Source of the DNA: Octopus sinensis
Lineage: Eukaryota
Direction: 5' to 3'
Assembly (NCBI RefSeq): GCF_006345805.1
Contig: NC_042998.1
Span: 77,438,001-77,502,000 of the forward strand
DNA: 64,000 bases
Positions 41,688 through 54,980 of the stretch are shown piece after piece. A program made the position numbers and the translations under genes. Each line of letters starts with the position of its first letter. Within the stretch, counting starts at the first letter, position 1. Under the pieces are notes generated by a model. That model was not told where the DNA came from. It was given only the letters and a program-made list of their open reading frames with translations, and made no database searches.

Positions 41688-43190
41688 TACAGATAGTTAT
41701 CTCAGATTTAATTTAAAAACACTACGACACCATTAATATTAATTTTTATTAAAACGTTCTATATTAATCATTTATTGGATAATAATTATTTTTAACGTAG
41801 CATTTATCGCTTTCAGCTATGTTGTAGATAACTTTCTTTACGGTGTTGAAACTTTCTCTTTCCCAACTTAGTTCTACATTTCCTAAAAATGTCCATGAAT
41901 AATCGGTCAAAATTTCCAGGTAAGTCCATTGACCTCCAACTCTCCACTCTGAATTAAACTATCTTTTCATTGTATGGATCTTTGGCTTCAATATTTCCTC
42001 CTCAAAACCAATTGTTTTAGTAACATATTGAAAAATTCCTCGTTGTTGTTTACCACGTAAAATTTCAGCGTTCGTTCTTCTGGTACAATATAGACAAATA
42101 TTTCAAAAGAGCCTTTGCCGCCGTGTTTTCAGTCTGTATACAAGAACTTGCATGGAGGAATTTCAGTTTGCGACGGAAATTTCCTGTATATTTGTTCATT
42201 CCCTCAATTTTCTCTAAACAAGTATGGGTGTACAATAGTGAACAACAGCCATAGCCCGGTGTTGACGCACACAAGGTTTCGGGGATTAAAATTTGCATTC
42301 AGAAATTTAGCCAAGCTATCAATTTGGGTCTTTTGTACTCTCCCTTTTTCATTCTAGATCGTCTTGTTCAAATACTCTTCAGTAGTTATATTATGATTCC
42401 TCTGAGACCGACTTTTCTTTCTCCATTGGGTAATGCTATTTCTGACATAGCACAAGTTGATGTCAGTCCCAGAACAGCTGTCAGGTATCTCTACAAACTT
42501 GGTTACTATGGCAGAGCAGCAAAAAGGAAGCAACGTCTACCAGCCAACATCAAGTGGAGAAAAGATTGAGCCAGTGAGATGGTGGAAAGGCCGTTAGCAT
42601 TTTGGGACACTGCCATATCCTCTGATGAGTTCATATTCGCTGTATTTCCTGACAGTGGTGGAGTATGGGTCTGGAAACGCTGTGATCAAGAATTTGATGT
42701 GAAAAGATTACAGCCAACAATAATTTGGAGCAATGGTTGATCAGGGCTGGTGGAGTGTGAGGGAAACATAAACTCAGATAAATATGTTTCCATACAGCTG
42801 AAAAGACTTCTTCCAGTCTTCTTCAGTTGGATGAGCATGGTATTAAAAAATCTTCCATGGCCAAGTCAGTCACCAGATATGAAGCATATTGAACATAATG
42901 GGACATAATGGACAGGACACTTCATTAAAAGAACAAGAAGGCATCTTCAAAACCAGAACTTTAGAGATTACTGCATGAAATTTGGCAAGAAATTTCACAA
43001 AAGAATGCAAGTCGTCTAATCAGTAATATGACTAATAGGGTCCTGCCATTGAAAAGTCCAAAGGGCATGTAGACTAAATATCAAATATCCACATTATAAG
43101 AATTAATGAATAATATGAATGTAATGTATAATTTCAAATTTTAAATAAAGTTTAATGATTATAATGGTGTCTATTTACTTCTGTCGTATC
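41688..43190 (+). mobile_element. Decayed Tc1-like transposon
   Basis: RTAVRYLYKLGYYGRAAKRK, FWDTAISSDEF (first catalytic D region), GNINSDKYVSI and LPWPSQSPDMKHIEH (DDE third motif). Weak TIR similarity: cagata...gacaccatta at 41689-41735 versus the reverse complement of 43140-43188. Confidence 0.85.
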
Positions 43191-43318
43191 TGTGTGTATG
43201 TATGTATGCATGTATATATATATATATATGCAAAAAATTTAATTGTCACTAAATATGACTTGAGTTTCACGTTCCCGTTCGTTGAACAGTTGTGATGTAT
43301 AAATAGATATATATATAT

Positions 43319-43350
43319 ACTAGCAGGCGCATCCGTCCTTTGGGCGGTTC
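43319..43350 (-). mobile_element. Helitron-type 3' terminus (hairpin plus CTAG)
   Basis: The minus strand reads ccgccc aaa ggacgg ...ctgCTAG/t; a related hairpin is at 43885-43905. Confidence 0.65.
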
Positions 43351-43629
43351 AATATATAAATAATAATAAATAATAAAAATGTGAAAACAACTAAAAAGTA
43401 TTCTGTAATGCAAATATACATCCATATAGATTTTAAAAGGGTAGTCGAAATAACTAAATTAGCACAATCCTTTCACTTTTATAATATTCTTTAACTCAAA
43501 CCCTCAAGTAATATACATCAATACACATATAAAAAATATAGAAAGTAACAATACACAATTACAACATATAAATAAATAATGAATAAAAATGTAAAAAAGC
43601 ACTACAAATATCCTCTGATGCCAATATAC

Positions 43630-44890
43630 GACTTAATAGATTAAAAAGGTATGGAAGAACCTAAATACTAAAAAAACTATGTACATACCACGAATTAGAG
43701 AAAAACGCGTGCAAACCAACACCTACCCAGTTTGTCCATTTTCGCTCTGGGCAAAATACTATAGTGCATGACCATCCTTAGGACATAAGTAATGTGTGCG
43801 TAAAGTTTGGTGAAAATCGGTTGAGAAATGTGGAAATGTAGTCATTATACACACATACTGTGTTTCATATATACTATTAGAAAACGCACCCGTCCTTTGG
43901 ACGATTTAAGCTGCTTTGATCGTACTTTTTTTTACCAAATAATTGAACTGCTGAGAATGTTTATGAGTAGCATGGCAATTTATGTTTCCGATTAACCTAG
44001 GAACGGACCACCAAATTGAAGGCTGGCTATTGTGGAGGCCGTTTCACTTTAATGATCATAGAACATATAAGTTTGCAAGCGATGCAATGTAGAACTACTG
44101 AAGTATTTTCGGAGTATTTCACAGATAAATACTACAAAATATAGTTGTTTTACATGAAAGCGGAATTTGTTGTGATTCTTTAAAAAGGCTAGAGCGACAA
44201 TGTTAAAACGTATTTGAAACAATGGACAACAGTCGAAATATCATAATGGATGGGTAAATAATTATTATTAAAGGGAAACAACGAACTGGTAGGTAAACAA
44301 AGGTATCAGCAAATAGAAGAGAGCTAAGGGAACATCACCTTTGAAGTAACTCAGTGTAAGTAAATGTAAGCTGGCCGAAGTTGACAGCAGTTTAAATATG
44401 GAGATTACGATTGTTTGGTATTGGATATTCATCGCGTACAGTGTTCCTAGTCAATTTAAGTATCGTCGCTGGTAGACAGTCGAAATAAATAAATAGACAA
44501 AATCCTTCCTCTTTTATAATATTCTCTAACCAAAACTCAAACAATAGAAGTATTATAAGAAATAATATACAATGACAACATATGGATAAATGATATATTA
44601 AAAAGAGAAAATCACTAAAAATATTCTCTAATACCAATATACGACCATATAGATTAAAAACGTATGGAAGTCCCTGCATACAAAAAACTATGGACTTATA
44701 ACGAATTAGAGAAAAACCCGTGTAAACCACCCTTTTCCCAGTTTGTCCATTTACGCGGGAGCTCTGAGCAAAATCTTATAGTGAATGACTACCCTTTGGA
44801 CATAAGCAATGGGTGTGTAAAGTTTGGTGAAAAAAAAAATCGGTTGAGAATTGTGGAAATGTATGCGTTAGACAATATACATACACATAC
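43630..44890 (+). repeat. Two direct copies (43630-43860, 44645-44890) of a non-autonomous repeat, probably Helitron-associated
   Basis: Both share gtatggaag..cgaattagagaaaaac..cccagtttgtccattt..ggacataag..aaagtttggtgaaaa..tcggttgagaa. Confidence 0.8.
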
Positions 44891-45264
44891 TATGATTCTA
44901 TAGACTATATATATGTGTGTGAGTGTGTGTTCAAAAATATAAAATATATATTTATTAAAAAATATAAGATATATATGTATATATCTGTATATATATAGGG
45001 CAGGATGTGTGTGTGTGTGTGTATGTATACATGAATGTAGTTTATGCACATCTACAAATTAGCACGCATGTCGCAACAATTTTAGGAGGACATTCGACAC
45101 GACCCAAGCTGTATTTTCGTCAAATTATTTCCCCCCGAGGCACCGTGAATAGGGGTAAATAATTTCGAGCCATTCTTCTAACAATTTTCACAGCGGAGAA
45201 ATTCACCATTGTTTACAAACCAAACATGAGGTAACTCCCCTTCTAGCGACGGTGTAAAGAGAGG

Positions 45265-45300
<36 letters not shown>

Positions 45301-45464
45301 GGATTTTTTAAATTTCTTTTTAGTGAGTGATTGACAGACAGGGTTTTCTATGTATGTTTGTATGTATGTGTGAGTGGCTTCAGTCACACACACACATACA
45401 CACACACACACACGAGCATGTATGCGTACAAAACACATGCATGCAATGTATGTGTGTGTTTCCC

Positions 45465-45508
<44 letters not shown>

Positions 45509-45519
45509 CAGGCAATATT

Positions 45520-45760
45520 AACGATATTCTCCGTTTCTCCACAACTAATTTCCAAATTAGCTGAATCCGTTGCTCTACTCATAGCGATATATAGCTGGTC
45601 GTGCGTGAACATGGGAGTGAGCAAAGGTTACCAGCGCAAAAGACCCACTTGTTGACTGTAGACACGCTCCTTCGCAAACGATCAGCTATTATATATTGTA
45701 AACAATTTTTCTTCCTGGTACAAACTTACGTCCGGGTGCCAAATGTGCTTTAATTGATGG
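45520..45760 (-). mobile_element. Helitron Pif1-like helicase C-terminal fragment
   Basis: QVGLL..PMFTHDQLYIAMSRATDSANLEI..TENIV matches the Helitron motif VGL..PVF.HGQLYVA.SR..T.NIV. Confidence 0.8.
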
Positions 45761-45867
45761 TATTACTCGGGTAGGAGGTGGTAGTGGGACAGTGGCAGGG
45801 GCAAAGGCGTGCAAATACATCTATGTTATAGGTGTATGTACGTATATGTTTGTGTGTGTTGCCCATA

Positions 45868-45898
<31 letters not shown>

Positions 45899-46139
45899 CT
45901 TAGTTGTGGATCTGAACATAACCGCTTCTCACACAGAGGATCGGGGGCCCTTTTGGGCGTTCTAATTTTCTTGCTGGAAGGGTTCTCAACCCGTGGGCAA
46001 ATTTGGGTTGCATGATGGGGATGGTGTTTTCAAAAGGGTTAGCATATGCAACCTGATCATCTCTGCCGATCAAACTCCCAACCCATGCGCTCCCGTCGCG
46101 ACACTGATTCTGCAGAACTGGGTTGGGTATGAAAACCAA

Positions 46140-46610
46140 CTTTAAAGTATAAGTATAGATGTTTTTGAATCAGCAATGTTCGGTTAAGTCATAATTGGGG
46201 TGAAAAATCAATAAACTATTTCCTTATAGGGCTTTCCATTCAATCAGGATAAAAGAATCGATAAACCGATTCCTTATAGGATTTCCCACTAAAATTGGTT
46301 ACACCTCATTTTCAACCATTACGTCTACCAATTTTGATGCATTTTGTTCAAACTTGATGCCAGCATTACATAGGAGTCATGGGAACTTTGAATGCTTTAA
46401 GTTCTCCAAAAACGAAAAAAAAAAATCGATAACCCGATTCTTTATGGGATTTCCCAATCAAATTGTCTGCAAAATTTAAGCCGAAAGTTTACCAATTTCA
46501 ACCGATTTCACTCAAATTTGACGTCGATGTTACTTAGTATGCTTTGAAATAACTTGATTAGCTTAATAATCCTAATTTAATCCCGAACGTAGGCGGGCTA
46601 TACTGCTAGT
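46140..46610 (+). mobile_element. Non-autonomous Helitron-like element with three internal sub-repeats and a 3' hairpin-CTAG end
   Basis: gataaaccgattccttatagg.tttccca-type units at ~46212, ~46260 and ~46428; the element ends cccg aacgtagg cggg ctatactgCTAG/t. Confidence 0.65.
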
Positions 46611-46630
46611 GTATATATATATATATATAT

Positions 46631-46728
<98 letters not shown>

Positions 46729-46840
46729 ATATATATATACCGGAGTAAACACATAAATGTGAAACAGGTGGAAAAAGGTACTCAAATACCAGTGGTAGAG
46801 TAATATGCTTTATTTTAAGCAGCAGAAAATTCAACAAAAT

Positions 46841-46878
46841 CTGTTACTCTGAGTTTCTCGTTGCCGTTCATCAGACAG
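46841..46878 (-). ncRNA. Minimal type I hammerhead ribozyme motif
   Basis: ctgt CTGATGA a cg gcaa cg a GAAA ctc a gag TA acag: perfect stem I, canonical core, GUA site; the closing pair of stem II is an A-A mismatch. Confidence 0.7.
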
Positions 46879-47066
46879 TTTTTGCTAGAATGGAACTTAT
46901 ATATTAATTCAATCTATACTCTTACAAACGCTACACCTTTAAAAAGGAAATTGACTTGTTTGTTGGCCTTTAGAAAAAAAACGGTCAATCTTCGAGCGAT
47001 AAACAAAAAGGTCAAAAATATATGTATATATATATAAAAAAACTTATAAAAATTATAAAAATTATA

Positions 47067-47166
47067 NNNNNNNNNNNNNNNNNNNNNNNNNNNNNNNNNN
47101 NNNNNNNNNNNNNNNNNNNNNNNNNNNNNNNNNNNNNNNNNNNNNNNNNNNNNNNNNNNNNNNNNN
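47067..47166. other. Assembly gap (exactly 100 N)
   Basis: Run of N; a fixed size of 100 usually denotes a scaffold join of unknown length. Confidence 0.99.
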
Positions 47167-47545
47167 GTGTAAACCAGAAAGCTTTCAAACTTTATCACCA
47201 GTTTTGCAATTTTAAGGGGTGTGGCTTAATCTGTTGCATTGGCCTCAAAAATATAAACAGCATATCTGACGTCCGTGATGAACATTTTACGTCGCCCTAA
47301 AGATTTTGTCAGTTTGCTGTTTTATAATAAAAAATATTCTTTCAGAGAAAATAGCACCAAATATTAAGTGAGAGGGGAAGTTGTTGCTACCATCAACTCA
47401 GAACTTGACCGCTACTTTATTGTATTGACACAAAGGGTTGAAATATAATACCGACTTCAGCAAGATGTTAACAGAGAATGTAAAGTTTGCATAAATTACG
47501 GTAATGCCTTTTTCTGCCGCACCAAGTTTAGACCAACTCATGCCT

Positions 47546-47551
47546 TAATAA

Positions 47552-47593
<42 letters not shown>

Positions 47594-47715
47594 TAATGAT
47601 GATGATGATGATGATAATAATAATAATAATAATAATATAATAATAATGATGATGATGATGATAATAATAAAACAACAACAACAAACAACAATAATAATAA
47701 TAATAATAATATAAC

Positions 47716-47765
<50 letters not shown>

Positions 47766-47800
47766 GAATAATAAGAAGAAGAAGAAGAAGAAGAAGAATA
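47546..47800. repeat. Compound (AAT)n/(GAT)n/(AAC)n/(AAG)n microsatellite
   Basis: Direct reading; a similar compound array is at 51745-51950. Confidence 0.95.
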
Positions 47801-48656
47801 CATAAATGAAAATCACGCAAACACGTACAAGCACATGCAGGCTCGTAAAAGTTTTGATAGCGATATACGGAAATTCTAACATCTTATATAACTGTCTGTC
47901 TGTTTCATTTCACTCTAAAGTTTCCTAACAACATGTCTATCTATCTATGTCAAAAATTACATGTAAATTTACTAAAATACATGATTAAATAGAAAAAAAT
48001 AAAGCAAAAGAAGGCGGTGAAAAAATATTTCTCAATAGTAACAAAATGTTAATATGCAAAGAATATTTTCCACGTCATAATTGAAGCTGTCGAATCATAA
48101 CATTGACTTTTGTTTGATTACAAAATTCAGGCAACATCGGAACACATTAATTGTTAAATAGACAACCGCTTTCAGTTACAGGTTGCTGGAAGCAGACTTT
48201 TTTCATTTCTAAACGTAGGCGTTTTTACGATCATATCTAAACTGCTTGAAGAGCCAAGCCGATATCAATGCGGCTACAACCTAGCTTTTCTCAAAAAAAT
48301 TAAAAATAAAACAAACAAAAAAATAAGCTAAAACAAAACTACTTTGTTATATAATTCGGAATAGATCACACGATTATAACTAGAGTAAAATGAATGACGG
48401 TACTGGAATATATTTGATAATAAAGTTTCTCCATATGCTTATTTTGTACTTAATTTACAACATGACTGCGTTTGGAGTGTTGCAGCGGTCTTTTGTCATT
48501 GACCAGGTCATAGACATCGATCGAAATATTTTCAAGTATACAGTAAATAAAATACCACAAAGCATTATGATATATCTATGTTGAAAATGAACATCACGGA
48601 TTTTCAGCAGTCGATACTAAGAAGATATAAATATATAAATATGATATACATTATAT

Positions 48657-48707
<51 letters not shown>

Positions 48708-48976
48708 TATATATATATATATTATATATATATATAATACATCTGCTGTAATATTTACAGCTTTTAATAAAAGTTGTAGAATGAAACAATTGCACAAATT
48801 ACCGGATTCATTCTTGTTGCTTATTTTTTATTATAATCACCCGCATATTTTTATGGGTAACACCATACAAAATTCTGGTGCATCTAAATTAAGTACCACA
48901 TTCATGTGAATCTAAATTGTTGCTGATCTTATATATATATATATTGTTTAAACCTCGCCAAGAGAAATATTTAAAC

Positions 48977-49040
48977 CACCTGATGAATGCTTGTGACTTG
49001 AAAATTTAAAGAAATTAACAGCCATGAAACGATCGTAGTG
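48977..49040 (+). ncRNA. Type I hammerhead ribozyme motif
   Basis: cac CTGATGA atg...cat GAAA cgatcg TA gtg: all three stems close, stem III is palindromic, GUA site. Confidence 0.85.
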
Positions 49041-49990
49041 ATATATTAATTATATTTTTTTAATAATTTTGTTATATATTTAAATAATATAAATTAAATA
49101 ATCTTATGTATTGGCTTAAGTTTTTCATTGTATGATTTGCCTAATAGTGGTTTTGTCTCTAATTTAATATAATATATATTATATATAATTGCGTAAATGT
49201 CGAACAAGTACATCTATGTATTCGTATATGAAACATTTATTTCCAAACAGAATAAATATTTTTTCTTTTGGCAACATGTTTCAAACATTATGTATTGGCT
49301 TTTCTACTGAATCAAATGTCTTGTAATAAATAATATATAATCACATCATACAGTCTTCTTCAGTTTTCTTACCACAATTTCATACACAATTTTCAGTCTT
49401 TCAAATTGTAGGAGGCATTGTCTCTGTTCAAAAATACATCCACAATTATACGTACATGAGTACATGTATACCTACAATCGAATATGCTGCTTGACGTTAT
49501 AAGCATTTCATAAACTTTCCAGAAAACCTGAAATGATTATTTCTTGGAATAAGATATTTCGAAGCAAACACATAATGCTATAAATAAAAATAATGAAAAT
49601 TTGTTTGAAAAATTATTTTGGGTTCTAAAGTATCTTTCAACCTAACATTTACATCTATTATTTATTGCTTATCCGTGTGCATCATAATATCGTTTCCAAT
49701 ATATATATATATATATATTATATAATATATATATATATATATATATAATATATATATATATATAACGGGAAGCTTTATGAAAATAAACAAAAGACGAAGG
49801 CAGGTGGAAAACAAACGAACAATTGTATTAGTATGGCGCTCAGGAAATATAAATATAAAACAAGTCTTTAACGTTTCGAGCCTACGCCTCTCAACAGAAA
49901 GATACACAGAGAGAGAAAAACAGAAAGAAGGAGAGAAAAAAAAAATGCGTGCAGTAGCTAACGAATCAACATATTATGTATGTATATATG

Positions 49991-50050
<60 letters not shown>

Positions 50051-50073
50051 TATATATATATATATATATGTTG

Positions 50074-50354
50074 TATTTCGGGATGGCCATTTTTTGCCAA
50101 ATAAACACACGCACTATTATAATTGTTCTTCGATCGTTTATTACTGTTGTTATTTTAATTCATGTCCATTATCAGGAAATCTTCTGCCACACATCTGTGA
50201 CCGCTTCAGCGAAATTTTCGTTTATGTCACTGCTCTTCCTCTACTTTTCCGGTCAAAGGATATGAGTTAAAATAAGAACAGTTATAAACGAGTGAAGAAC
50301 AAATATATAGTGCGTGTGTTTATTTGGCAAAAAGAAATGACCATCCTGAAATAC
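50074..50354. repeat. Head-to-head inverted repeat, same family as 37737-37921
   Basis: Arms 50074-50148 and 50278-50354. Confidence 0.85.
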
Positions 50355-50592
50355 AACGATGTCTATTTCAACATACGATTTCACATCTGGAATCTTGCAA
50401 CACAAATTGACACACATACATACAGACACACGCACACACACACACACACACGCACACACACACATACACAAACACACACACGCACACACATGTAATTGTT
50501 AAAGAGGACTACAAACATTATGACAAGGAAAAACATCTCAAGTCGTATACAATATGAAATATTAAATATCAAATACTTAATACAAGAGTTGC

Positions 50593-50830
50593 TACACAGA
50601 TGGTAGCCGAACCAAGAAAGAAATCTCAGGCTTGGTGGAACACCGGGCATATGGAAGGAGAGGAGAGTAGGTAGAGAAATTGAAGAATTAGGGAAAAAAA
50701 AGTGGAAGGAAAGAAGAAAGTGTGTAAGGGGCTAATTCTTCAAACCCTCTAACTACTCTCCACTCCTTCCAGGTGACCGGTGTTCCGCCAAGCCTGAGCT
50801 TTCTTTCTTGGTTCGACTACCATCCGTGTA
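50593..50830. repeat. Inverted repeat, ~78-bp arms
   Basis: tacacagatggtagccgaaccaagaaag...ggagagtag versus ctactctcc...ctttcttggttcgactaccatccgtgta. Confidence 0.85.
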
Positions 50831-51628
50831 TTCTTCGTATGACTATCATTTTCTATGTCCCTGCCGTAAAGTTGCACTTCAACACACGCCAGCTTAATTT
50901 AATTCGTCTTTGGTCGAAAGACACATATAGTTAATTTCCTGATTTATTGTATTTGTAATAATTTACCATTTGCCCGTTTTTTTTTTCCGTCCTTGTTTCC
51001 GTATATATTCACTTCCTTTCTTCCAAAGAATGTAATGGTCTTAGCTTAGATTTTCTTGGGTTCAGCTAAATTAGAGCAGTCTCGAGATCAGCCGGCCGAA
51101 ACTATAAAGATGATCTGCTTCTCGACTGATGATTGAAAGCTCTGAATGACCCGTCCTAGTTTTTTCCTCTCCTTTTTTGCATCATCTAATTGTCCGAATG
51201 TCTTGTCACCTGTTACGTTCCTGCTCCATTTTTTGTTCTGTGCGAAAATTGTCTCATTGTGAATTCCTCTTCCATGTCGTCTATGATGTTTTGTCTATAG
51301 ACATATCTATGTTATGTCGATCTCAGGCGCATTTTGTTCTTAGGACGCTGTAGGATCTTGTATCTACATTCGATAGGGGACTTAAGGAGACCAGTGGGAG
51401 TATGCAATTGCTCAGACTTCGGAGGTAGTGGCTTACCAACTTTAAGGCGCAGGAATAAAAGCAATAATATTACACACACACGCACTCACACACACACGAA
51501 CATACACACATGCACACATACAAACACAGACACACACTCACACATATTCTCTCACACAAACACACCTGTATGAATAAGTGCATGCATAATATATACAGTC
51601 TCACACACAACACACATATATATATAAA

Positions 51629-51673
<45 letters not shown>

Positions 51674-51835
51674 TATATTTATGTATGTTGGGTGTGTATA
51701 ATAATATGTGTGTGTGTATATATATAATAATATTACAATAAGTATAGTAATAATAATAATAATAATAATAGTAATAATAATAATAATAATATTAATAATA
51801 ATAATAATCATACTAATAATAACAACAACAACAAC

Positions 51836-51928
<93 letters not shown>

Positions 51929-52142
51929 AAGAAGGAGAAGAAGAAGAATTTCTAAAGTAACCAGAAGATGGATTTGATATTAATCTTTATTTTGTACAAT
52001 AGTCGTTTGGACCCATTCTTTATGGGACACTAGCAGGATGGGCTAGAACGACCATTCTACAAAGTAAAGATCAATGCCAAATCCATTTTCTAGCTACTTA
52101 ATCATTCTAATTATCACAACACTGCGGAATTCCTGTATATCC

Positions 52143-52539
52143 GTGGCTGTGTGGTAAGTAGCTTGCTAACCAACCACATGGTTCCGGGTTCAGACCCACT
52201 GCGTGGCACCTTGGGCAAGTGTCTTCTGCTATGGCCCCGAGCCGACCAATGCCTTGTATGTGGATTTGGTAGACGGAAACTGAAAGAAGCCCGTCGTATA
52301 TATGTATATATATATGTGTGTGCGTGTATGTTTGTGTGTCTGTGTTTGTCCCCCTAGCATTGCTTGACAGCCGATGTTGGTGTGTTTACGTCCCCGTTAC
52401 TTAGCGGTTCGGCAAAAGAGACCGATAGAATAAGTACTGGGCTTACAAAGAATAAGTCCCGGGGTCGATTTGCTCGGCTAAAGGTGTGGCTCCAGCATGG
52501 CCGCAGTCAAATGACTGAAACAAGTAAAAGAGTAAAAGA

Positions 52540-52540
<1 letters not shown>
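52143..52540 (+). mobile_element. Young full-length SINE family A
   Basis: Complete head, body and aaaagagtaaaagag tail, followed by (TA)n. Confidence 0.92.
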
Positions 52541-52600
<60 letters not shown>

Positions 52601-53203
52601 GTATGTATGTATGTATGTATGTATGTATGTATTTATGTATGTATGTGTGTATGTATGTTTATATGTATGTTTCGAATTCTCATTCTAGGGAAGAGAGCAA
52701 CATATGTTTTGTGGCTCGTACTAGTCCCATTTCTAATATATATATGTCTCAAGATCCACTGTGCGTTTACCAATGCTTCGTGACCAGTATTGGGACAGTG
52801 TTGACAATGGTCGAGGGTAAATCGTCTTCACATGGCTAATTTGTTTTCACTTTTCCTGACTTGAATTGTGATAAATCCAACCAGTGAGTCGTCTGCTATT
52901 TTTGTAATACATATAAGATGCACACAGATGAGGAACCCTTACTCTTGTGCATTCTCTGATTCCACTTTGGATGTGGACCCGCGATTGGTATATCTCCTGA
53001 TCATATCTATTTTGATTTAATTTGAAATATTTTCTTGGTTAAAGGCAATACATATATGCATGAATGCATATACTTGATTTCAATGATATACATATGTACA
53101 AAGACATAGGCACACACGCACACACGCACACACGCACACACGCACAAACACGCACACACACACACACACGTCTATATATGTATATATATACATATACATG
53201 TCC

Positions 53204-53238
<35 letters not shown>

Positions 53239-53694
53239 TAGACAGACAGATAGATAGATAGATAGATAGATAGATGATAGATAGATCGATAGTAAATAGA
53301 TAGATAGAAGATAGAAGATGATAGATGATAGATAGATAGATAGATAGATAGATAGGTAGATAGATAGATATGTGTGTCTATAAATATATATATCTATTTA
53401 TTTATAATATATATGTATATGTGTATATCCATCTATGTATTTTCACACACACGCACATACACACACATACACACACACACAGATATGTGCATGTGTTTTG
53501 TGTAATACATCAATAGAATAATGTACTTCCGTCGATGAAGAAGATATTTAGTAAAATTTGTAAATTTAAATCACAATTCATGAATATTCAAATATCAGTA
53601 TTTACAATTATTTGTAATTGTACATGGAGAAAAATATATCAAATTCGCATACGCATATACACACACACATACATAATTATGTATTCTCTTCCCT

Positions 53695-54130
53695 GCTTCT
53701 GTCATCTGACTGTGGCCATGCTGGAGCACCGCCTTAAAGGGTGTTAATCAGTACATACATAAACACATACATGCACACGTACATAACAAACCGACTCCAC
53801 GATTCTTTTTTGTAAGCCTAGTATTTACTCTATCGTTTTCCTTTGTGAAACCGCCAAGTCACGGTGATATAAACACACCGGCATCGGTTGTCAAGAGATG
53901 GCAGGAGTTGGGGGTAATCACGTGTATATATATATAATATATATATAATATATATATATATATAATTATATATATATATATACAACGATCTTCATGTTTC
54001 CGTCTGCCAAATTCACTCACAAGGCTTTAGTCCGCCCAAACCTATAGTAGAAGATACCCAATGTACCAATGTATAGTAGAAGATACCCAATGAACTTAGA
54101 ACCATGTGTTGGGAAGCAAGCTTGTTACCG
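53695..54130 (-). mobile_element. SINE family A, diverged
   Basis: gactgtggccatgctggagcaccgcc...cggttgtcaag...gggaagcaagcttgttacc. Confidence 0.8.
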
Positions 54131-54134
54131 CACT

Positions 54135-54188
<54 letters not shown>

Positions 54189-54898
54189 GTATGTATGTAT
54201 GCATGCAGTATGTATGTATGTATGTATGTATGTATGTATGTATGTATGTATGTGTGCTTTTTGTGTATGTATGTACATATACATTTGTATATAAATATCT
54301 ATGTATGTATATGTGTGTATGTGAATGTTTGTGTATATATATATGCAGAAAGAAAGAGAATTATAGTTAGACTGAGAGAGCGAGAAAGCAATTGATGGGT
54401 AGATAGACAGATGTGTGTATAAAACACACACACACATACACACATACACACACACACACATATATATATATATAAATATATACATATACACATACATATA
54501 AGTATTAGAATATCTATATATTCCTTTCTATATACATATATAAATAATGTAAAATGTCAAGAGGGTACTCCAAAACTGTTGACACATTGTATTGCTGTTT
54601 TCAAAAATTCTACAGTGTATATGCAATGTATATGTACACAGGGCATATGCATTGTATATATACATAGATACACGCTCATACACATATTCACATATAGATT
54701 CAGAGGGCAGAGATGACGATATAGACAGACAGTTTGATAGATAGAAAACATACGTACATACATACATACTTACATACATACATACATACACACAGACAGA
54801 CAGACAGAGACATACATACATACATACATACATACAGATCGATAGATAGATAGATAGATAGATACATAGATCGATCGATCGATCGATAGATAGATAGC

Positions 54899-54980
<82 letters not shown>

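Noticed and set aside
46900-47300. Continuity of features across the gap
   Set aside because: The 100-N join has unknown true size, so sequences left and right may not be adjacent; ORFs spanning it are artefacts.
51126-51142. CTGATGA-TT-GAAA-GC-TC motif
   Set aside because: No stem II and no stem I pairing.
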